Part shown: positions 50,215-62,905 of the stretch, piece by piece | How positions within the stretch are numbered: the first letter of the stretch is position 1 | Layout: each line of letters starts with the position of its first letter | From: Squalus acanthias | Taxonomy: Eukaryota | Reading direction: 5' to 3' | Assembly (NCBI GenBank): GCA_030390025.1 | Contig: CM059432.1 | Location: 104,842,001-104,906,000, forward strand | DNA length: 64,000 nucleotides | Position numbers and translations under genes: made by a program | Notes under the pieces: model-generated | Told to the model about the DNA's origin: nothing | Seen by the model: the letters and a program-made list of their open reading frames with translations, nothing else | The model's database searches: none

Positions 50215-52782
50215 AGAACATAAGAAATAGAAGCAGGAGTAGGCCATTCGGTCCTTCGAGCCTGCTCTGCCATTCAATAAGATCATGGCTGATCTTCGAC
50301 CAGCTCTTTTCTTAAACATACCTTTTCTTTCTTTCTTCGACCTCAGCTCCACTTTCCCGCCCTATACCCATATCCCTCGATTCCCTTAATATCCAAAAAT
50401 CTATCGATCTCTGTCTTAAATATACTCAACGACTGAGCATCCACAGCCCTCTGGGGTAGAGAATTTCAAACCCTTTGAGTGAAGAAATTTCTCCTCATCT
50501 CAGTCCTAAATGGCTGACCCCTTATTCTGAGACTGTGACCACTGGTTCCAGACTCCCCAGCCAGGGGAAACATCCTCCCTGCATCTACCCTGTCAATTTC
50601 CCTCAGAATATTATATGTTTCAATGGGATCACCTCTCATTCTTTTAAACTCTAGGGAATATAGGCCTAGTCTACTCCATCTCTCCTCCAAGGACAATCGC
50701 CTATTCCCAGGGATCAGTCTAGTGAACCTTGGTTGCATTCCCTCTAAGGCAAGTATATCCTTCCTTAGGTAAGGAGACCAAAACTGTGCACAATACTCCA
50801 GGTATGGTCTCACCAAGGCCCTATATAATTGTAGTAAAACTTCCTTACTCTTGTACTCTAATTCCCTTTGTAATAAAGGCTATCATACCATTTGCTTTCC
50901 TAATTGCTTGCTGTAACTGCATGTTAACTTTCTGTGATTCGTGTACAAGGATACCCAGGTCCCCCTGAATACCAACATTTCCCAATCTCTCACCTTTTAA
51001 GAAATATTCTGCTTTTCTATTTTTCTGACCAAAGTGGATAACTTCACATTTCTCCATATTATATTCCATCTGCCGTGTTCTTGCCCACTCACTTTGCAGC
51101 CTCTTTGCGTCCTCCTCACAGCTTTACTTTCTCACCTAACTTTGTATCGTCAGCAAACTTGGTTACATTACACTCGGTCCCCTTATTTAAGTCATTGATA
51201 TAAATTGTAAATAGCTGGGGTCCAAGCACTGATCCTTGTGGTACTCCACTAGTTACAGCCTGCCAACCCGAAAATGACTCATTTTCTGTCCGTTAACCAA
51301 TCCTCAATCCATGCTAATATATTACCCCCAATCCCATGAGCACTAATTGTGTGTAGAATCATGGAAATTTACAGCACAGAAGGAGGCCATTTCAGCCCAT
51401 CGTGTCCGCGCCGGCCAACAAAGAGCTATCCAGCCTAATCCCACTTCCCAGCTCTTGGTCCGTAGCCCTGCAGGTTACAGCATCCCAAGTGCACATCCAA
51501 GTACTTTTTAAATGTGGTTAGGGTTCCTGCCTCTACCACCCTTTGAGGCAGTGAGTTCCAGACCCCCACAACCCTCTGGGTGAAGAAATTTCCCCTCAAA
51601 TCCCCTCTAAACCTTCCACCAATTACTTTAAATCTGTGCCCCCTGGTTTTTGACCCCTCTGCTAAGGGAAATAGGTCTTTTCTATCCACTTTATCTAGGC
51701 CCCTCATAATTTTATACACCTCAATAATGTCTCCCCTCAGCCTCCTCTGTTCCAAGGAAAACAGACCCAGCCTATCCAGTCTTTCCTCATAGCTAAGATT
51801 CTCTACTCCCGGCAACATCCTTGTAAATCTCCTCTGTACCCTCTCTAGTGCAATCACATCTTTCCTGTAATGTGGTGACCAGAACTGCATGCAGTTCTCT
51901 AGCTGAGGCCTAACTAGTGTTTTATACAGTTGAAGCATAACCCCCCTGTTCTTGTATTCTATGCCACGGCTAATAAAGGCAAGCATTCCGTATGCCTTCT
52001 TAACCACCTTATCTACCTGGCCTGCTACCTTCAGGGATCTGTGGACATGCACTCCAAGGTCCCTTTGTTCCTCTACACTACTCAGTGTCCTACCATTTAA
52101 TGTGTATTCCCTTTTCTTGTTAGCCCTCCCCAAATGCATTACCTCACACTTCTCCTGATTGAATTCCATTTGCCACTGTTCTGCCCACCTGACCAATTTA
52201 TTGATATCTTCCTGCAGTCTACAGCTTCCTTCTTCAGTATCAACCACACAGCCGATTTTAGTATCATCTGCAAACTTCTTAATCATACCCCCTATATTCA
52301 AGTCTAGATCATTGATATATACCACAAAAAGCAAGGGACCTAGTACTGAGCCCTGCGGAACCCCACTGGAAACAGCCTTCCGGTCACAAAAACACCCATC
52401 AACCATTACCCTCTGCTTCCTGTCTCCGAGCCAGTTTTGAATCCAACTTGACACTTTGCCCTGGATCCCATGGGCTTTTAACTTTGTGACCAGTTTGCCA
52501 TGTGGAACCTTATCAAAAGCCTTGCTAAAGTCCATATACAGAGGTGTAATAACCTCTTGTGTGGCACCTTATCAAATGCTTTTTGAAAATCCAACTACAT
52601 CACATCCATGGGTTCCCCCTTATCTACCCTGCTAGTTACAACCTCAAAAAAGTTAATAGATTTGTCAAACATGATTTCACTTTCATAAATCCGTGTTGAC
52701 TCTGCCCAATCATATTATGATTTTCCAAGTGCCCTGTTACCACGTCCCGAATAATAGAATTTAGCATTTCCCCTACTACTGA
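50215..52782 (-). mobile_element. CR1 (HER1-type) LINE, outer element (50215-51355 plus 52544-52782)
   Basis: ORFs 50466..50816 and 50845..51069. RT motif LDFQKAFDKVPH resumes after the nested insertion. Confidence 0.92.
51356..52543 (-). mobile_element. Young CR1 LINE nested in the outer CR1
   Basis: Uninterrupted 366-aa ORF 51435..52535 ([17 protein letters not shown]), flanked by GTGTA at 51351-51355 and 52544-52548. Confidence 0.95.
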
Positions 52783-53654
52783 CTAAATATAGCTAATGTA
52801 GAGACAGAATTAACATTTCAAGGAACGTTTTCCATCAGTGGTGAATCTAACTTTATTTGCAGAGCACTTGCGTTTTTGAAAAAAAGGTCTCATTTTATTG
52901 CTTTTTTTTGATGAGTCTATTTTCAATTTGGGGGCTAGTGGTAATCCAGCTTAATGCAAAATGCCCAAAAGAACCTTTTTGTCTAATAGCTCGACCTTTT
53001 TAATTTTATGTAATTATTATTTACTTTAATGAAGGAGGAAAAAATTATTGGTAATTTGCAAAGTAATATTAGACTTTCTTTGCACGTCCTTACTAGATGT
53101 GAATATCCATGTTGTTTCTGGATATTTTTTGTTTTCGCCTTTGCCGACTTCCACATTTTAAAACTGTCTGTCCGCACATTTTAAAACTGTCTGTCCGCAC
53201 AGTTTACTCAGACTGGTTTTCAACAACTTTCCTTGACCTTCCCCTTTTGCTTACATTCTTCTGCTTCTGATAATTGAGCAACTATGGGGTCTAAAATAAA
53301 GCAAAAGGCAGCAAAAAAAAACCTTCAAAGTGCCTGCTTTAATTTCAACTGATGCATATTCTAATTTTCCATCTCTCTTATCCACTTCCCCACCCTAGCA
53401 CTGACCGTTAATGGTGTACTGTTCCAGTGGTGCTCACTGCCCTCTGGAAACTCATTCATAGTCTTTCTTTTATGTGTGTGCCAGTCTTTCTTTTATGTGT
53501 GTGCCAATGAAGTATTGGCATGCTATAGAATTATGGTGGGTATGAGTACTGCAGCTAGGCCAGTTCTCCTTTCTCTCATTCCTAGCATTTGCACGTGCAC
53601 ACATATTCCAACAGAAGCTGGTGGATTTCTCCTCCCACCCAGTCTTTCCCCCAG

Positions 53655-54220
53655 TGTAGATGTGAATGGAAGGTAGATTTTAACTCTCGGGTGACTAGCT
53701 GGCAGAGCACGTGGTCCGGCTGGCAAGAAGCCTGGTTCATTTTGAGGGCCGGGCCGAGCCTCCTGATCATGCTGCCAGTGAGCTGCAAGCCCGCATGGGC
53801 ATCCTGTGCGACTCACTGGCTCTGGACGTGTGCAATATCAGGCACCCTGGAGGCCAGCAAGAAGGTAGGTCCGGGGCTGAGGGCAACAGCCCATATTATT
53901 CTTGTAGAGCCCAGGGAGCACTCGTGTACCTTTTAGCCCCACAAAAGTACATTTTCACTTGCCGTTTTGGGGGCTCTCCCTCTTCGCTGCCCAGTATAAC
54001 TGGGTGGAGCGTGCGGTGGACCCAGTTGTCCCTCGACATTCCATCGGGTTCCTATGTCCTGATATTGCCTGATTCAGGCAGACACCTGGGCTACCTAGCA
54101 AAAGACCACAATAAATATATATGGCAGCGTAGCAGGAACGTGGCAGTAAGTTCACCACAGCGATTTTGACTCCACTACTGTCCCATTTCTGCTGAGCAGG
54201 GTGAGTTATAATGGCCATTA
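53655..54220. mobile_element. GC-rich probable MITE, decayed
   Basis: GC-rich block bounded by GATTTTAACTC and GAGTTATAATGGCC (imperfect inverted match). Confidence 0.4.
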
Positions 54221-54629
54221 GGTCTTCAAACCAGAATATTCACTCTGTTGTGACAGTGGCAGGTTGGAGATCTGGGTAGTATCTTGACTTCAATTTCATT
54301 CGCCCTCCCTTTAGAAATGTCCTTGTCCATGTGTCAAAATGCTATCAGTGGTTACATGCTGAAAATACTAACGAATTTCCCGTTTAGTTTCTACTGAATT
54401 TCTTTTTGTTCTTATCTGTTAGTAAAAGGAAAATGTTATTTTTTTTGGTATGGTAAAAAATTGTTGACGCCACTTTTCACAAGCTTGTCAATCTACAGAA
54501 AATGATGACTTTTTAAAAAAACTTTTTATTAAGATGCTGAATAGTTCCAGGTATTTCTGCTGTAAAACCAATTACTTAAGTGCTTCATGTAGCTAAAGAA
54601 TATGCAGAAGTTTTTTTTTACAAAAGGTG

Positions 54630-56192
54630 ACAATTTCCCATGACCTACATCCTAGGGCTCTATAAGAGGTGGCTGCAGAGATAGTGGATGCATTGGTTGT
54701 GATCTTCCAAAATTCCATAGATTCTAGAATGGTCCCAGTGGATTGGAAGGTAGCAAATGTAACCCCGCTATTCAAGAAAGGAGGGAGAGAGAAAACAGGA
54801 AACTACAGGCCAGTTAGCCTGACATCAGTCATCAGGAAAATGCTGGAATCCATTATTAAGGAAGTGGTAACAGGGCACTTAGAAAATCATAATATGATTA
54901 GGCAGAGTCAACATGGTTTTATGAAAGAGAAATCGTGTTTAACAAATTTATTACATTTTTTTGAAGCTATAACTAGCAGAGCAGATACAGGGGAGCCAGT
55001 GGCTGTACTGTATTTGGATTTCCAAAAGGCATTCGATAAGGTGTCACATAAAAAGTTGTTACACAAGATAACGGCTCATGGGGTTGGGGGTAATATATTA
55101 AGATGGATAGAGGATTGGTTAACGGACAGAAAACAGAAAGTAGGGATAAACGGGTCATTTTCAGGTTGGCAGGCTGTAACTAGTGGGGTGTCGCAAGGAT
55201 CAGTGCTTGGGCACAAACTATATTGATGACTTAGATGAAGGGACCGAGTGTAATGTATCCAAGTTTGCTGGCGATACAAAGCTAGATGGGAAAGTAAGCT
55301 GTGAGGAGGACACAAAGAGTCTGCCATGGGATATAAACTGGTTAGGTGAGTGGGCAATAAGGTGGCAGATGGAGTATAATGTGGGGAAATGAGAGGTTAT
55401 TCACTTTGGTAGGAAGAGTAGAGAAACAGAATATTTTTTAAATGGTGAGAAACTATTAAATGTTGGTGTTCAGAGAGATTTAGGTGCCCTCGTACAGGAA
55501 TCAGAGAGTTAACATGCAGGTACAGCAAGCAATTAGGAAGGCAAATGGCATGTTGGCCTTTATTGCAAGGGGGTTGGAGTACACGAGTAAGGAAGTCTTG
55601 CTACAATCGTAAAGGGCTTTGGTGAGACCATACCTGGAGTACTGTGCACAGTTTTGGTCTCCTTATCTGAGGAAGGATATACTTGCCTTAGAAGCAGTGC
55701 AACGAAGGTTCACTAAATTGATTCCTGTGATGAGAGGGTTGTCCTATGAGGAAAGATTGAGTAGATTGGACCCATACTCTCTGCAGTTTAGAAGAATGAG
55801 AGATGATTTCATTGAAAGATATAAGATTCTGAGGAGAATTGACAGGATAGATGCTGAGAGGTTGTTTCCCTTGCCTGGAGAGTCAAGAACTAGGGGGCAT
55901 AGTCTCAGGATAAGGGATCGGACATTTAAGACAGAGATGGGAGGAATTTCTTCACTCAGAGGGTTGTGAATCTTTGGAAATCTCTACCCCAAAGGGCTGT
56001 GGATTGTTAAGTCGCTGAGTATATTCGAGGCTGAGATGGATAAATTTTTGGACTCTAGGGGAATCAAGGGATATGGGGATAGGGTGGGAAAGTGGAGTCA
56101 AGGTCAAAGATCAGCCATGATCTTACTGAATGACGAAGCAGGCTCAAGGGGCAGTATGGCCTACTCCTGCTCCTAATTCTTATGTTCTTATT
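54630..56192 (+). mobile_element. CR1 (HER1-type) LINE, 5'-truncated, frameshifted
   Basis: ORFs 54669..55226, 55183..55392 and 55619..55969 (NYRPVSLTS, LDFQKAFDKV, VRPYLEYCAQFWSP). Tail TTCTTATGTTCTTAT. Confidence 0.95.
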
Positions 56193-59149
56193 TATGGAGG
56201 AAGGGTCTCTAGGTTCAAAGTAGTCTGGTCTTCTACTGGGAGAAGAAAACCAAGTGGGCCTGAAGACAATTAAATGTGTCAGACTCTGTAAAACTGAGTT
56301 ACATCTAAACTGGACCGTACTATATTGTGATATGTTAAAATACCCAATAAAAGAAAATGCAGCCTATTTTTGGAATAGAAGGGAAGGTGGAATTGGGTAA
56401 TTAGTGTGGTAGTTTTCTCCCATTAACTTGAATAACATAACTCAATTTAATTCGTGATTCTTCTCATGACAGATTAGAGTTGAGGAATCTGAATTGAGAG
56501 CCCTGGCCTAACAAGCATTCTAAAGGTGTGTGTGTACGTCTTATATTTAAAAAAAGATGCATTTTGATGTCCATGCTGCATTGTGTGGCTTTACAGAAGC
56601 TATGCCTTCTTGTAAGTTGAGCTGCCCCAGCTGTATCAGTATTATGGACAATGTGGGACATGATATCTAAACTGGGGCTTTCAGACAAATTCTGATAATG
56701 CTGATAAAAAGCAGCTGACTGGCATTATACAAATCGTTGTGTTCTACTCATTCAGTAACAAACTGCCATTCAGGTGGGCGAATAATCTCTTCATGCTTTG
56801 CTTTAATTTTGTTAAATAAGGCCAACACTTTTTTTTCTCAGCCTTGCGTTAATAACTTGTTTTCTCCTAATTTTATTTGCTTGGAAATGATAAACCCTGG
56901 CATCGGTGTGACTTGGAGAGAGATACCGAAGTATCAGTTTGAACAGTTTCTCTGGCCGCATGGAGAAATTTATTTAATCAGAACTGTAATGATTACTAAA
57001 AACATAAACATCATAAATCATTTTAATTATGTTAAGTGCCAGCAGCTTTGCATATCCACAACTGCCTAGCTAATCGGTGAACTGGGCGAAAGGATTTGAT
57101 TGAAAAATGCCTGGGGACAAAGCACTGCCCCTCCCCCTTGTTGAAATTGTACGGTTATTGATTAAGCTTAAGCTAAGGTGAACATAATGAATTGATTTTT
57201 TTTGATTTATAAGATGTGCCTCATTTTGACCTTATGCTGTGCCCTTGGCTTATACATGTGCTGCATGTTACACTGCTGGGAAGCCCAGATACATTGCCAT
57301 GGTTTTTCAGAATTTTGTCTGATTCACAAGTTTTTTTTTACTTTTTAAAGGTCCGCCACACAGAACGTGCCAATGAACTAAATGGCACCATTTTAAGTAT
57401 GTTATAAAAAGTGCAGTACATCATTCATGTAAGTGATTTGAAAGTATTTCTCTATCTGTACTTGCCAATGGGGAGGGAATGTTGGGCTTTGAGGGTAATG
57501 CATCAAAGCAATAAATCTTGCTTACTCAGAAAATTGTATTTCTTGCTCTTCTCTTTTTGCCCCCTCTAACCTTTCTAATTGAAAATATCTATCCAGTTTT
57601 ATTTTGGTACTGTATTTCTCCCATCATTTAATACTTTGTATACAAATGTAACCCAAGCTCATTGGTCAGTTCTCGTAAGAAATGGACATTTGACATTTTT
57701 TTTTTAGACACTCATCATATTCAGCGAGTGTAAAAAAAGAGTCAAGTACAAATATTTAATGATCACATGCATAGGTGTCTCATGCCAATATATCTTCATT
57801 CTGACTTCCTCCATTGTGTATTATTGAACAGAATGAAGCACACATGAAGCAAATACTACTTAAAAAAAAACTTTCATTAACTCTATGAAATTGCTTTTCA
57901 CCCTTGGAGTATGCTGCAATAGCAGATTTGCACTATTTAAATAAAATTTTAAAATATTGCCTCACTTAGCTGACTGTAAATGGTACAGCACTTTTACAAA
58001 TATCTGTCGTTTGCCTCCACCACTGCTCAGTCTAATAGGTAGCAGAATGAGCTTGTGGAGCAAATACTCTCATCAGAGTGCAATATATACCTAAAATTTT
58101 GAAAAATTTCTTCAGTACTTGTGCATTTGCTGAGCTATAAACAACTAAAAACACCCATTCAACTTGGCTTTACCACAAATAACGAGTAGGATTTGAGAAA
58201 ATTCACTGACATCACGCAACGCCAATAAATCTGGGCCTCTGCCAGGCATTCTTTGTTGGTATTTTATGTGCTTGTTTGCAAAAATGTTGAAGAAAACATG
58301 AGCATGCTGCAGTCGGACAGCAGCCACCCCACTAATCTAATCCTGCGGTAAAGTCTTTGCTAATCTCTCTAGCATTGTCGTATCTCATTTTCACGTATGT
58401 GGCTCTGAGGTTATGGAAACCAGATTAATGAGAATATTAATCACAGTGACTGATGTTGTATATTTCAGAATATGACATCTCATCATTTCCAGGTATGTAA
58501 GCTATGCAGTGTACATCTTGGTAGACATCCCAGATAATGAAAAAATTTAATCCACTTTAAAATAACATTCTTTTATATTAATGCTGTGACCAAGGCATTT
58601 CGGGTTATGACTTAACAGGAAATGGATTTTCCCTCTCATTTATTTTGACCCATATGATGGGAATTTTTCATTTATTTTCCCTCCCCTACCCCCAGCGTGT
58701 ACGTATTGAAAGCTACTTGAAACTAACTATCCTTATGCAGAACCTGAAAGAAAGAACTTGCATTTTACAAATTGGAGATGCTGTTTAGCACTAAACTCTT
58801 GTAGATCAGTGCATTCTGTTTTACCTGCAAATCATAAGGTAAGCAATGTTAAGAGAAAATTAAGTCAGTCAAATCTTTTACTGTTGAATTTTTTTGTAGA
58901 TTCTGGTCAAAGATTACTGCTTTTTATAGCATCATGTTTGATTGAACCATGTGCTAAACATGGAAAAAAACAAAAGCTGATACAATACAAAATTTTATCT
59001 ACAATTTAATCTTATTGAGTACAAACATTACAGAAACATTTTTGTGGAGCGAGCGGGAAGGTGAATAATTCTGTCACTTCATCAGTGATATTTTAACACT
59101 ACCAAATCTTTTCCCCTTTCCCAAATGCTGTTGGGTTATAAACTGTCAA

Positions 59150-59340
59150 AACTGAAGTTGAGTAGTTCAAGCAGAGATTATTGTATCTATTAAATTGGAT
59201 AGGTATTTGAATAGAGGAAGATACAAGGTATGGGAAGGGAGCAGGGCAGTAGGATACGTTTTGGGTTGCTCTAGGAGAGCTAGCACAGACATGATGGACT
59301 GAGTGGCCTCTGTTTGTACTGTAAACATCTGAGGTTCTAA
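59150..59340 (+). mobile_element. Old CR1 3' end
   Basis: AAATTGGATAGGTATTTG..AGGTATGGG..GATGGACTGAGTGGCCT. Confidence 0.65.
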
Positions 59341-60404
59341 AAGGGAGAAAAACTGATCCAAAGTAAAGTGATTGAGAGACCACCTGAGACCCCAAAGTGG
59401 TTGCCTGCGTATCCAAGGACTGCAAGTTTTTATAAGCCCTAATGAGATCTACTAAAGGGGTCACTAATAATATTCCTTTCCATACCCAAACTTCTGACTT
59501 CCCTGATTATATGCCAGAGCAAAGGCTGTTTTATCTCCAGCCTGCCTACAGGCTGTATCCCAGGCCACTACTTTTGTGACTCTTTGAGATTTGTCTCCAG
59601 TCAAGACACAAGAGAATAAACACTTCAGCTGTCAGGAGCAGCTCCCAATAAATACACTGCAGTAATTACCAACATTGAAGTGTTGTCACACTAAAATCAA
59701 CTGGAGCAAATTGAGTCATTAAGGAGTATTTTAGCCCCATTTACACCTCCCCCTGCCACCACCTCCACTCTAACATAATGAAATCAGTTGATTTTTGACT
59801 CTCTCCTGTATCATCAGCATCTCACAGGCGAGGTATTTGTGCATGTCTGACAAATTTGGCTTTTACTTTCCTCAGGAAAGTGTTAGGTTTTCATACATCA
59901 TAGCTGCGGATTGATGGCGGTAGCTTTGCAGTAATTTTAATGTGAACATATATTGGAGGAAGGGAAGACTGATTTGGGAGGTTCATTTGTCTTTTCTCTC
60001 TAATTTTCTTTACCTTCAGGAGACAATATTGGCATTGCTGCCAATTGGTCTTATTGTACTTTGCCTTAGTCCTGCAGGAGCTTTGGTGAGGAGTGTGGGG
60101 AGCTTGAAATTCTTACCTGATGTCCATATGCATACTTTCTCCCGCCCCTTCGTGCACGCACTCACAAGCTCTCTTCCAGTTGGAGTTGCTGTATAGTGAG
60201 TAAAAGCAAGTACCCTAGCAAGTTGCAGTGTTCCTATTTGGTGCTGGCTGATAACAAACCGGGGTGATCAAAACTGGACCCATGTCTGTTTGGCTCAGAA
60301 ACTTCCTGGTAAAACATGATCCATTGGAGGAATTGTCGACCAGCTCGGTAGACTGGGGCTTGTAGCAAAAAAAAAGCTGTGGCAGTAATAACAGCAGCCA
60401 CAGT

Positions 60405-61175
60405 GCTAACTTGCATTTCTATCGCGCTCTTCGTGTGCAGGAAGATGCATCAAAGTGCTTATTAGGAGAACAAAATGGGACATCAAGTAGGAGGAGAAAA
60501 ATGTAAAGGGTTGTGGTGGGAGGGAATCTAACCCATAATAGCAGGGAACATAAACAGTTTTACCAAGTTGCATGTTATCCAGACCCAAAGATAAATCCAT
60601 TCCTATAACAGTACTGTGTGCTAAACTCACCTGCAATCTCCAACTGAGCATAGCTTCCTTTACCATTACCAAGACCACGTTCTTCTACCTCTACAACACT
60701 GCCCACCTCTGCCCTATGTCTTCCTCTCTCCCCGCCACAAACTCTAGTCCATGTCGTTAACACCTCAAGGCTTAACATCCCTAATGTTCTCGTAGCTGCC
60801 CGCCCTGCCTCCAATTCTCCACAAGATTCAACTCAATCATAATGCTCAGCCCGTGTTGTACAAAGTCCTGCACTCCCATCAACTCCATCCTCTCCAAGCT
60901 CCTCTGGCTCTCTGTGCCCTAGCAAGTTAACTTCAAAATCCTTGTTCTCATTTCCAAATCCCCCCATGACCGTGCTCTGCTACACCTTAAGAGATCACCT
61001 CCTGCCTTACAACCCATCTAACACTGGGCTTCTCCTGGCCCCCACTCCCTGTGCTCCAACATTTGTGTCTGCTTGTTCAGCCAAGAAGCCTGCTGCTCTC
61101 TGGAACTCACTGCCCAGCTCCCCCTCTTTTTAAAAACCTCTCCAAACTCTTGTCTTTGATTGTAGCTTTGGTAGA
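60405..61175. mobile_element. Old L2 fragments (minus-strand tail ~60405-60490, plus-strand body ~60620-61175)
   Basis: AACTTGCATTTCTAT tail. ITKTTFFYLYN and ALWNSLP motifs in ORFs 60572..60760 and 60942..61133. Confidence 0.7.
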
Positions 61176-61664
61176 TCCAGCTTGTTAGGTATTAGACCGA
61201 GCTGGCATGGTAGCAGGGGTAATCTGATTGGAAAAATCTGAGTTTCCTGGGTAAACTAAGTTAGGACAGAATTTAATTTTTTCCCCCGCCGTTAAAACTT
61301 AGGTTCTACAATTGGAGGTTTTGAAAGGTTTTGGATGAATTTTCACAGCATTACTTTTTTTTTAGCAACAGTACTCCAAAATATATATTTTTTGATTCTA
61401 AAACCCTTTTCCTCTGACTCCTGTCCCCTCCTTCCCTTCTTCTTAGCACTTGAATTTGTGAGTTAAATTTATTCTTGACTCTGCTCACTGCGATGCCTTT
61501 ATCAGGTTCATTCTGTCAGTAGATTTAGCTAAAGGGTGAATGTTCTTTTTCCCCAATGTCCCACCCCTGCCCGCCTTAAATTACAAGATTAATTTATCTG
61601 ATCAGAATGGACAGTTAGAAATATTTAATTTTACATATTTAAAAGCTACATAATGTATCTTCGA

Positions 61665-61802
61665 TTAGATATACTTGAAAGAAAAAATTTGCAGGGCTTT
61701 GAGGAAAGAGCAGGGGAGTGGGACTAATTGGATAGCTCTTTCAAAGAGCCGGCACAGGCCCGATGGGCCAAATGGCCCCCTTTTGTGCTGTAGGATTCTA
61801 TC
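61665..61802 (+). mobile_element. CR1 3' end (same subfamily as 4320-5100)
   Basis: AAAATTTGCAGGGCT..GGGGAGTGGGACTA..AGAGCC.GCAC..GGGCCAAATGG matches the reverse complement of 4330-4470. Confidence 0.8.
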
Positions 61803-62465
61803 TAAATAATTATACCTATGTGCAATTAGACTGGTTTCAGAAGTACCAAGAAATTTCATCCCCCGCCGCCCAAGCAATTCCGTCTTGATGTATTTTTGTT
61901 CCAAAATGTGTCACTGCTGAAGGAAGTAACGTGTAACTGAGCAGATTGTTGAATTCTGTAGATGTTAGCACTGTGTAGTCTGAGAAAATAATTCTATTCA
62001 GATGGAAATGAAAGGGCAAGTAGGAAAGTAATTCAGTCTTATTGAGGGAAGAAGAGAACAAAATTATTCTAAACGTTTTTATAGCTTGAAAATACTAAAA
62101 TTGTATGATTATTACAAATTATTACTAACCTACAGCTACAACTGCTATACTAATTAATCCATTAACAGCTTCGGTGCAGTAATGGTGAAATAGTCCAGTT
62201 TTACAGCTGAACATACTCCGAACCGGATATCTTGGTGTTCGGGCCATTATCTTTTCACGACATAACGTCTCCTATTCAGTACAGCAGTTTGTTTTAATTA
62301 AAGAAGCCTGGCGAAGTAGAATGTATTTATCACATACATAGGCATCCAGGCCACACAAAAATCTTGGAGATATTTTTGTGTGTGCAAAAATTGAATTGGT
62401 TTCTGATCGACTATCCAGTGAAAAAGAAAGCACTTGAAGTGGCAGCCTACATTAGTATTTAGTAA

Positions 62466-62905
62466 CGGCGTCAGTCGTGGCTCAATGGGTAGCACTCTCG
62501 CCACTGAGTCAAAGGTTGTGGGTTCAAGTCTCACTCCAGAAACTTGAGCGCAAAAATCTAGTCTGACATTGCAGTGCTGCACTGCCGGAGATACTGTCTT
62601 TCAGATGAGACGTTAAAACGAGGCCCCATGCGGTGGACGTAAAAGATCCCGTGGCACTTTTCGAAGAAGAGCAAGGGAGTTCTCCCCGGTGTCCTGGCCA
62701 ATATTTATCCGTCAATCAACATCAAAAACAGACGATTTGGTCATTACATCATTGCTGTTCGTGGGACCTTGCTGTGCATAAATTGGATGCTGCATTTCCT
62801 ACATTACAACAGTGACTACACTTCAAAAGTATTTCATTGGCTGTAAAGCACTTTGGGATGACCCAAGGGCGTGAAAGGTGCTATATAAATGCAGCTCTTT
62901 TTTCT
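62466..62905 (+). mobile_element. Near full-length Deu-domain SINE (SacSINE1-like)
   Basis: tRNA-like head GTGGCTCAATGGGTAGCAC..GGGTTCAAGTC, a Deu domain and an L2-like tail GCTATATAAATGCA. Confidence 0.9.

Noticed and set aside
51435-52535. Longest ORF (366 aa) as a host gene or autonomous element
   Set aside because: It is a 5'-truncated CR1 ORF2 lacking the endonuclease and the RT N-terminus.
53523-54218. Cluster of overlapping 68-152 aa ORFs
   Set aside because: GC-rich repeat-like block where stop codons are rare, with no recognisable protein.
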